Below, piece by piece: positions 1 to 10,800 of a stretch of 64,000 nt of DNA. This DNA is from Ruditapes philippinarum. Taxonomy: Eukaryota. The translations under genes were made by a program, and so were the position numbers. The stretch is from positions 1 to 64,000 of the forward strand of contig NW_026866730.1 of assembly GCF_026571515.1 (NCBI RefSeq), read 5' to 3'. The notes under the pieces were generated by a model. The model ran no database searches and was not told the DNA's origin. It was given only the letters and a program-made list of their open reading frames with translations. Each line of letters begins with the position of its first letter. The first letter of the stretch is position 1.

Positions 1-879
1 CGCTCGCACGCACGCTCACACACAGAAAATGGCGGATCTGATGACATTTAAAAGTCAAAAAACGGTTTCTTCAGATTTTAATAATTATGTAAATATGGTA
101 AAAAAAATGTCTGAAAGATATACTTTAATACTATGTATACAACAATGATATATAATTTTAAAACAAAAACATGAATGTCTGGTTTTAATGTTAAAAGACT
201 TATGTCTGCAATTCAGTTGATTTGTAAACAATTACATATAAACCTCTGGAGGGTAATAGGCGCTAAAGAGGGGGAATTCTCACGATTTATATAAAACGTG
301 TCAACCAATGAATAATCGAGATATTCATTTGTATCTTTCGAATCTCACGTAGATTCTATCAGCAACATATACATGTATTTGTTAAATTGTTATGGAAAGA
401 GAACAAATCCCAACACATTTTACATAAAAATATTTTGACTTCGCGCTCTATTATACATGTACATTGTATATCTAACAATTTTCAGTTCTTGGTAAGATAT
501 ATTTTGCAAAATGAGCAGATATCATCTAGAATCTATACCTTCTATCATCTGTAAATATATTTAACGCAAAACAAACAACTAAAAAGCAATTAAGACATAA
601 AACAAATTCGTTTTGTTACGCGTTCACATATACTGTGTGGAGATAAAAATAAGTTATTATTCAGCTGGACATTAATGCATTGCGCCAGAAACTATGAAAA
701 GTACGTGGTACTTTTAATCAAATAATCAGATGCATATTAAATGCATAATATCAGAGGCACTATATATACATGTACAATTTTATTAATATTAAAGAAAAAT
801 GTATCACCAAAAGCATATGTGTATGTGTTGGCATGCTGTAAACTTATGCTTTATTTTTACCAGGGAAGACTATGTTTAA

Positions 880-913
880 CCACGGATTTATATTACATAT
901 AATAAATCCGTGG
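880..913. mobile_element. 34-bp palindromic micro-element with an apparent 5-bp TSD
   Basis: CCACGGATTTAT-attacatata-ATAAATCCGTGG, flanked by the direct repeat TTTAA (875-879, 914-918). Confidence 0.55.
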
Positions 914-1898
914 TTTAACGATATTTGATTTTTATATACAATTAGATCTACTCTTAATACAATCTGTCAAATCTAATGCGCTTATATTTAAAAGGTAAGG
1001 ATAATGATTACGGTTTCTTTTTCTTCTTCCATTTTTTTTTACTTTTTAAACCCCCTTTGCGGATAACCCCATTTTTTATCATATATGCATGCACACAATA
1101 ATATAGATCTACTTATATGAAATAGAAAAGCTAGTAAGCTGGTGCAATTAAACATTTTGCTATTTATAGATCTAGTACTTTATTGCAAGTATTCAATACA
1201 CAAATAGAGAAAGCTACATGTAAGATTATAATTACTGGGACAAAAAATATTAATTTTGTTCCAGATATTAATAAAAATACAATATAGATCTAGCTATAAT
1301 AATTATAAAAATAATAAAACAATGTAACTCTACAAACACATCATAATGATCAATAAAGGTATAAATTTTCTGAAATCCAGAATCCTCTAAATTTTAAAAA
1401 CCGGACATTCGCTAAAGTTCGATCAGGTCCGAACAAACAGAAGAAAATCACAAAATCATAAATGCAATCATTCGTCTGCAGCGCAGTCACATGTCACTTC
1501 CCTAAAAGCATTTTGAGCGGGAAAACCGGGTAGTGTAGGAAAGGCCAAATATAACTAAATGTTTAGATTTTAAAATTTTACAACGTTAAGTTCTCACGCA
1601 CCGTTTAGTCAATATTTACTTCCTAGAAAGAATGTCACGATTTTTTCAATTTGTTTTGTTGTCTTTGTCATGATATTTTGAGAAATCATCACGTAAATAT
1701 AGGTTTTTGTCACTTGCGAAATATTTGAATATAATATTTTTCACCTTGTAAGTTATTGGTTTTTCAGATATTTATAGTAAAAGAATTGATTGATCAGCTG
1801 TTCTAAATTGAATTTTGCATGTTTACTTTTTTCATCCAAACAGTTAAAATAGAAATGATTTTTTTTAAATAGATCTATTGGCTGTCTAAAATTTCAGA

Positions 1899-4800
1899 AT
1901 GGCCAGCGTAGTAGATAAATTCAAGAAGCGCAATGCGAAAGGAAGTAACATGTCTGTAGAATGGTCTCGTACCGGAACATTTCTTCATAAACCAGAACGT
2001 GGCTGGATACATCCGGATGAGCAGCTTGCAGCTGGTGCCGGGATTTGTTATGGAGTTAGGGTATATATGATTTATAAGTCATCTAAAGTGGTTAGATCAA
2101 CGTTCATAATAAAAAGAAGGAAGTGGTTAGCCTTACAGCTAGCCAAAAGTACTAGGCGTATGTGAGTCTTGTACGGCTAGCCAGAATACACTGTACTGTC
2201 TAGCTGTATGGCACTTTTCAAGAACCGCATTTGTCCACGTATGTGTACTTTAATAATGATGCTCCGCCATTTTGTAAAAAAGAATATGATGGAAATACAA
2301 GCGTCATCTTTATAAATGTGTCAAAGTTACATGACGCATAACTATTCAAAGTACATTCATTGTATATGTGAATGGAAAGTTATATTTATGATAAAATGAT
2401 AAATATATTAAGTTATAATGTCATTGTTTTTAATGCTAATTAAGGATTTGTTGTCTTATTTGTATGAAAGATGAATTATTAAATCATTTATTTGTTAATT
2501 AAGCACATGGAATAAATAATCATATAACGACCAAAAAAGCTGGTATCATCAAATTCAAAAATAAATGCATTCTCATTAAAGCCCTGTCTGTAATGATATT
2601 GAGTTATTTTATATTCATATGACCTTTAACCTTAATACTCATTTCTGTAAATTTCCACTGACCACGTTGTGCCTGTAGAATGTTATATTTGTTCAAAATT
2701 TTTTCTCTTTAATATATAAAGATAATTTTAAAAGGAGATTTCCCGCCAATGCATCAGTTCTTTTAACTCCAATAATAACAAGACTAATGCAAACAAATTT
2801 ACTTTAAAAAACATCCCTGTTCGAGAGAAGTTTTTAAAAAAAGGGGAAAGGGAAATTTCGTTACTCCCAAAAAAGCTATTTAAATCGAAAGACACGAATA
2901 GAAAAAACAATTCAAAACAAAAGGCAGCAGGTAATGAAAGTACCCCCTGGTTAAAAACAACAAATTTTAAAAAATTAAAAAATAAAGAAACCCAACCATT
3001 CCCCCAACCTAAACCCAAACAAAAAACAAAAACCCCAAATATTCAAAAAACATTCAAAAAAAATGGAAGGGAAAACCCCTTTAAAAGGGCAACGTGTTTG
3101 GGAAAAAACATTTATAGACCCGGGTTTAAAAAATTTTCCACCTTTAACATTTCAAGTGTTACGCATTGGAAAAAAGGCAAATAAATTTTTTTTCAGGGGT
3201 TTTCAATTAGAAAAAAAACTTACAATGTGAATATTTGAATTTCAAATTTTAGGACAAAAGTTCAATTGGAAAAACAGGGTTTTATTCGGTTTTTTATGGT
3301 AAAATTTTCATTTTTCTAAATCCGAAAAACTGGTTTGTTCCTTAATTTTCGGGTTTTTTTCCCATAATTCCTGTTTTAAAATTTAAAAAATAGAACTGGG
3401 AAACGGGGGGTAGAATTTTTTAAACCCTTAAAACCATTATGGAAATTAAAGATAAAAAAACCTCTTGAAATCGCAAGGGAAAATTAAAAATTTTAAAATC
3501 GTACACAAAGGAACATGTTACCTTTTTGCGGTATAATAAAAATTTTCAATTGGGGCCCCCTAAACAAAAATGGATATTTTTTTTTAAATTTTTTTGGTTT
3601 TTGAAGTTTTTTTGGAAAACCCCCGTTTCCCAAATTTTTCAAATGTTTTTGTAAACTTAGGCCTGAAAAAAGCTCCCATATTTAATTTTAAAAAGGTTTA
3701 AATACAAAATTAGGGTAAACAAAGGACAAAGTCAAGTAAAGGGGAAATAATTCCAAAGGGTAGGGGGCAAACCAGGTGAAAAGTACACTTCACATTAAGG
3801 TATGCTGTTCCCGTAATAAAAGCACCCAGGCGAGTCCCGGGAAACTTTTAAGGGAACAGGGTTCACGAAGAACTCCAAACGCCCTGGGGAATGAGGTAAT
3901 AAAAACTTAAGGGCACTGGAAACCCACGGATGGGGGAAAATTTCCCTTTTCATTGTAGAAAAAACCCAAAAAAGGTTAAATCAGAGTTTCCCTTTAAACC
4001 AAAAAAACTTTAAATTGGGGGGTATAAGGGACCTCACTCCCTAATTTCTACTTATTTTAAACGGTTTTCAATAAAATGCAAATCCAAAAATTCCCTTTGG
4101 GCATTAAAAAGTACTGGGGCAAAAAAACCTTTATAACAGTTTCCCTTATTAAAAAACCTTTACAAAGGGATTGCGCAATACCGTTGGGTTTAAGGGCCCC
4201 CATATGGATATTGGGAAGGGGGTGAATATTCAGGGGGAGAAAGTAAATAATTTTTGAAGGGTTGCAGGGGCAAAACCATGGAAATGACATTTTTAAAATA
4301 TAGGGAAAACACTTGGGAAAAACATGAGGCAAAATTGGTAACCCCCTTTAAAGAGCAATTTTTAAGGGAGTAAATTCACCGGACAAAAAGTATAATTTGG
4401 GGGTAAATGAAGTCCCATTTTTGGGCACCTTTAAAACAAAAAGGGTTAAAAAGGGTCCTAGTAAAAAAAGAGCAATTAAAGAACCCCAAAAACCCCGGGG
4501 AAATTGGGCCCGCAACTTGGAAAAGTTTTGGTATTCAAATTAAACTTTCAAAAATTTCTTCCAAACCCACAGGGTACAAGCCCCCGGGGATCCCCACTAA
4601 GAAAAATGTAGGAAAATTTTTGGGATTTTTTCCCAGAAGAAGCATTTTCGAAAATTTAAAAACATAAAAAAAACGAAGTACCCCAGGGTTTTTGCATTTT
4701 TTGACCCGAAAACAGAGTGTAACTCCCTTTAAACTGACTCTTCGAAAAGGTGGGTGGTAGCCCTTCACCCAAAAAGGCCCCCAGTTTCCTTCATTCTAGG

Positions 4801-7800
4801 GCCCTTGAAAGAGACGAATCTTAAATTTGCCAAAAATAGGAAAAAAAGGGTTTTTAAAAAAATTTTCTTTTTTTTTGGTTGCCGCCTTCATCCCTAGTTA
4901 CCGGGAGACAAAGTAAATTTTACACCCGACAAAAACCATTACCCAAAACATGGGGAAAAAAGTTTGTCTGCCCTTTTCCCCCGAACTTCCAAAAAAATGC
5001 GGTTAAGTTAAAAAAAAAATAGGAACCCCTTGGATACGCCACGTTCCTTGGGAAAACAAGTACCAAAAAAACAGTGATTAAATTTTTAACAAAATGCTTC
5101 CCAAAACATTACAAATTAGAGGGTCTCGACCTTTCATGGGACATACAGTTTTTAAAGGGTTTCACATAAAACCCATAAAAGACTGGACAATAGGGGAATG
5201 AAACCCAAAGACAAAGATATGCCCCAAGGGGTTTTGGAAAGAATATTATTGAGGGGGTGGCCGTTTTTTCATGCAAAAAACTGTAAAAAAAAAAGAAATT
5301 TAAATTTAGTTCTGGAAAAACAGGGGGAATTTCGTCTGAAAAAGACCTTTTATTTTAAAAGGAAAAAAGAATTCATAAAAGACTGCAAAGGAAAAAAGGT
5401 TTATTTTTAAAAACAGTGCAAAACCCAAAGGCATTAAGTTTGAAAAATGTTTTTCAAAGGGGTAAAAAAGGGAAATTTTTGGGCCTGGGGATGACAAAAG
5501 AAATTTAACCAAATTTTATTTTTTTTAAAAATTTGTTTATGTTTTAAAAATACAGGTATTCCCCCCAAAAGCAAAAAAACCATTAAAACCCCCACGACCC
5601 GGGAGGACCGGGCCCCGGCAAAACAATTGGCCCGGGTAAATTTTTTTTCTTCTTTGACAGAAAGAAATATTGTGATTTTCGCTAATTGGGGGAAAATACC
5701 CTTTGAGGGAGATCCCATAAAAACAAAACAAACCCTAACATTCCCATTTGGAAAACTAAAAGTTCACTTAGCCAAAGGTTAATGGGGATTTTTGTGAAAA
5801 AATTTTCCCCGGAAAAATGGGGCCCTTAAAAATCTTTTTGAAAATTATTTTCGATTTTTCAAAAAAATTGGGGTTTTCCCCCCCAAATAAAAATCCCGCC
5901 ACTCCCCCCAAACAGTAAATTTGGGTTTGGGGGCCAAAAAAAAGTGTCGATTATTAAACGGGGTTTATTCAGGAAAGCTCAGGGAGAGTAAACCCCAGAT
6001 CTTAAAACTCGCCCGATACTTTGAGACAGGAAAACCCCCTTTATGAAGTGCTTCTTACCAAATCAATTACTTTAATGGGGTTAGAAAAACAAATCTTATT
6101 CTACCTACCACAAATTCTCAGTTACAACCCAAAACAGTAAATTGTAAACAGGTACGCGAAAAGATGCAGAAAATAAAGCAGAAAACAAAAAGTTGCTATG
6201 ATAAAACATCAAAGCAACTACCCCTTCTTTTCACTTAATGAGTATGTCCGCATCAAGGTCAACAAAACATGGGAAACCAGCAAAAGTGATATAAAAATTC
6301 ACAATGACCGAATTCCTACTCTGTAATAACTCATGCAGGTGGCATTTACCGCAGAAATAGGCGAATGTTTAATAAACTGAAGAAACTTTCCCAGAAATTC
6401 AGGAATTTTCCCCCAACATTTTAGCTAATAACCCTATCACTCCCTCAATTAATGGAAAAATTTCAGAATCACACGATGCTGACCACTCATTGACCTCCAA
6501 TAAGCCCAGCCCAATTGACCACTATTATCACACACGATCGGGGCAGGGAAGTGAAATTGAACAAACGATATTATAATGAGAACATGGTGAACAATTGAAA
6601 AAAAAAAAAAAATACTGAGTGTTTACCAATAAGAAAACATCACAAACAAAAAAATAAACTATAAAAAAAAAATATATAAATGTGGAATATATATGGAATA
6701 AAACACATACTTTTTTTGAATAAACATATATTTGTTTATATAAACTGATTACTTAATTGATATTTAAACATGTGTTATTCTAACGTTATTTAAATTGAAC
6801 CATATTCCTTTATGATTTATTAACATGTGGATACCATGCAGCTATGTATTTAAAAAGAGGGAAATGTAATGATATTGAGTTATTTTATATTCATATGACC
6901 TTTAACCTTAATACTCATTTCTGTAAATTTCCACTGACCACGTTGTGCCTGTAGAATGTTATATCTTGGGAGATTTCCCGCCAATGCATCAGTCCAGATA
7001 ATAAAACTGACTAGAACACACCTGTGTCTTTTCTCTTATTATATTCACATTTGTGAATCGCATGGACCAACTTTAATAGTATATAAGATATATAAAGAAT
7101 ATTACACTGTCTTCGTGTGTTTATGTATAATTTTATTTTTAAATAGATAAATATCGAACATTTAATCAAAATCAATTAGCCTACATCAAAAATGCGTTTC
7201 ACAGAACATGGAAACTTTCCTTACTGGTGGACAATCTTTTACTGTCAGTAATTGATGCAATTATTAGAGTTAAATGCTGCTTTTTGTGTCGCCTCTTCGG
7301 AGTAGTGGCGACATATAGGGATCACTTCTCCGTCAACTGTCTGTCCGTCCGTCACAAAACTTTTTCGGACTACTTATAAACTACTGGTGCAATTTCATCC
7401 AGACTTTACAGGAATGATCAGTACCAAGTCTAGTTGTGCATATTGTCAGCATTTTCCAGTTCAATGATTTTTGTCAGAGTTATGGCCCTTTAATAATTTT
7501 TAATTTTAAAGTTTGTCCAGACTACTTCTCTTATGCCACTAATGCAATGTCAATGAAACTTTACAGGATTGATCTGTAGCTCAAGTCCTTGCGCATATTG
7601 CACAGGTTTTCTGGTTGAATGATTTTTGGCCGAGTTATGGCCCTTTGATAAAAAGGTGTTTTTTTCTGTGTGTTGCCAGATACACAAAAGCTTGTCCGGA
7701 CTACTCCTCATAAACTATTGGTGCAATTTCATCCAAACTTTACAGGAATGATCAGTACCAAGTCTAGTTGTGCACTGTCCGTCTGTCACAAAATTTGTCC

Positions 7801-10800
7801 CAACATGAAATTGGCCATCATGAGGCGACACATGTGATTACTGATCGCTCTTGTCATTTTAAAGGTGTTTGAAAATTAAACATTTTGAAACATAAAAGAA
7901 TTATTATGCCCCCATTTCGAAGAAAAGGGGGTATATTGCTTTGCACTTGTCGGTCCGTCGGTCCGTAGACCAAATGGTTTCCGAGTGATAACTAAAGACC
8001 CCTTAGGCCTAGGAACTTCAAACTTGGTATGGTGATTGGTCATGACCAGAAGATGACCCCTATTGATTTTGGGGTCAAGGGTCAAAGGTCAAGGTCACAT
8101 TGACCTTGTAAGCAAAACGGTTTCCAATCAATAACTAAAGAACCTTAAGGCCTAGGAACTTCAAACTTGGTATGGTGATTGGTCATGATCAGTAGATGAC
8201 CCCTATTGATTTTGGGGTCAAGGGGTCAAAGGTCAAGGTCACATTGACCTTGTAAGCAAAAACGGTTTCCGATCAATAACGAAAGAACCTTAAGGCCTAG
8301 GAACTTCAAACTTGGTATGGTGATTGGTCATGATCAGTAGATGACCCCTATTGATTTTGGGGTCAAGGGGTCAAAGGTCAAGGTCACATTGACCTTGTAA
8401 GCAAAACGGTTTCCGATCAATAACTAAAGAACCTTAAGGCCTAGGAACTTCAAACTTGGTATGGTGATTGGTCATGATCAGTAGATGACCCCTATTGATT
8501 TTGGGGTCAAGGGGTCAAAGGTCAAGGTCACATTGACCTTGTAAGCAAAAACAGTTTCCGACCAATAACTAAAGAACCTTAAGGCCTAGGAACTTCAAAC
8601 TTGGTATGGTGATTGGTCATGATCAGTAGATGACCCCTATTGATTTTGGGGTCAAAGGTCAAGGTCACATTGACCTTGTAAGTAAAAACGGTTTCCGATC
8701 AATAACTAAAGAACTTTAAGGCCTAGGAACTTCAAACTTGGTATGGTGATTGATCATGATCATTAGATGACCCCTATTGATTTTGGGGTCAAGGGGTCAA
8801 AGGTCAAGGTCACATTGACCTCTTGGGTAAAAACGGTTTCTGATCAATAACGAAAGAACCTTAAGGCATAGGAACTTCAAACTTGGTATGGTGATTGGTC
8901 ATGACCAGCAGATGACCTCTATTGATTTTGGGGTTAAGGGGTCAAGGTCACATTGATCTTGTAGGTAAAAACTGTTTCCGATCAATAACGAAAGAACCCT
9001 TAGGCCTAGGGATTTCAAATTTGATATGGTGATTGGTCATGATCAGTAGATGACCCCTATTTATTTTGGGGTTAAGGGGTCAAAGGTCAAGGTCACATTG
9101 ACCTTGTAGGTAAAAATGCTTTCTAATCAATAACTTAAGAACCCTGAGGCCTAGGAACTTCGAACTTGGTATGGTGATTGTTCATGACCAGCCGATGACC
9201 TCTATTGATTTTGGGGTTAAGGGGTCAAAGGTCAAGGTCTTATTGACCTTGAAGATAAAAACGGTTTCCGATCAATTAATTAAAAACGCTTAGGCCTAGG
9301 AACTTCAAACTTTGTATGATGATTGGTCGTGACCAGCAGATGACCCCTATTGAGTTTTGGGTCAAGGGGTCAAAGGTTAACTGGTTCATGACCAGTAGAT
9401 ACTCGATAACCCTTATTAATTGTTTGATCACTGGGTCAGAAGTCATGCATAATAACCTTATCACATGACTAATTGGCTGCTGATAGGGGGCATACATGTT
9501 TTACAAACATATCTTGTTCTAATAATTATGTAGACGATTTCAATTGATGTTAATCAACTCACTGCAACTAAACGCTCTTATTTTTCTGGCCGTCTGGAGA
9601 TGACAAAGATCGATATTCGTACTTTCTTTACTGCAGCTGACATGGCGATTTATCTCTAAAAAGTTAACACACGAAGACAATAGCTGTTTCTTGGTTGAAA
9701 TCCTCGCTTAAAGACATATGCATTTTCGACTTTCATATAATTTTGAAAAGTGCTGTATGGTTAGCAATTCAGTTTGTTCTGTTTAGCCGTATGTGACTCA
9801 TGTACAGCTAGAACTTTTGGCCGTCCCCGTGAGGGGTTTGACATTAAAGGAAGATAGTTAGTTGGATGGATGAATGGATGGATGAGCATAGCGTTCAGGT
9901 CTGCAGTTCAAAGGTCAAGATCACACTTGTATGTCTGATTATTGTGAATTGTAACACTCTTTTTATTGTAAACCATGCTTTTGATGCAAATCATGGTTCT
10001 TCTACTTGGCCATGTTTTTTTTTTTTGGGGGGGGGGGGGGAGCATTTGTCTGTTTCCATTGACAGTTCTTGTTTTTCATGTTATGGTGACTTCCAATATG
10101 TATGAGTTTATTAAATTAATATATTTTCAATTAATTTGATATTGATGAAGTGTAAAATATACTTTAGAATATGTGATGTGTTATATGTTGCAGTATATTG
10201 GTTGTTTGGAGGTGAAAGAATCTATGAGAGCCTTAGATTTTGACACAAGAACAGCTCTTGCAAGGTAAGAATCATACATATTTGTCATCTATGGGCATTA
10301 ATTATCCATTATACCATAATCAGGGTTTTCATTATTTACAGATTGACAATCAATATCATGGGTTGAAATGATGTTTAAATTGGTTGTATTTTTAGCCTGT
10401 AAATTAAGCTATCCACTTTGACCCTTGGCCAAATCCGTTTCGTTGTCACATCTGTTGCCTCAGATAAAAATCAAAACCCTGCATAAACATGATCAAAACC
10501 CTGCGTATAATAAAAATGCTGCATAATCATAAAAATTATATGTCATATACATTATAATTGTACAAGTATCATAGACATTATCATTTATGACCTAAGAATT
10601 CTATCTTAGCATCACATCATTGACAGATGCCCAGTCTGAACAACTATAATCATTAAATTTTTGCTCATCAAGTAAAATTTAATAATCATTTTCATGCTCA
10701 CTATATACATCATAACAAAAATTTGTGAGCACAATTTTTTATGCTAAATCATAAATTTTGTCCTGTATGTTTCACTCACTATAGTTCTCACTTATTTGTG

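Noticed and set aside
1-330. AAAATGGCGG (YY1-like) motif and a short ATG frame at the window start
   Set aside because: The frame closes quickly and the upstream context is missing, so a promoter cannot be distinguished from a transposon remnant.
2728-5731. Eight short Lys/Phe/Gly/Pro-rich ORFs in the supplied track
   Set aside because: They are translations of homopolymer-inflated, probably erroneous sequence inside the LTR element, not genes.
7960-9400. Regular palindromic repeats as a CRISPR array or coding repeat
   Set aside because: Whole units are near-identical with no unique spacers, and they are bounded by HINE termini.
10321-10503. Possible small hAT-like element (CAGGGTTTT...AAAACCCTG)
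   Set aside because: The TIR is only 9 bp, the right end is duplicated and no clean 8-bp TSD is present.
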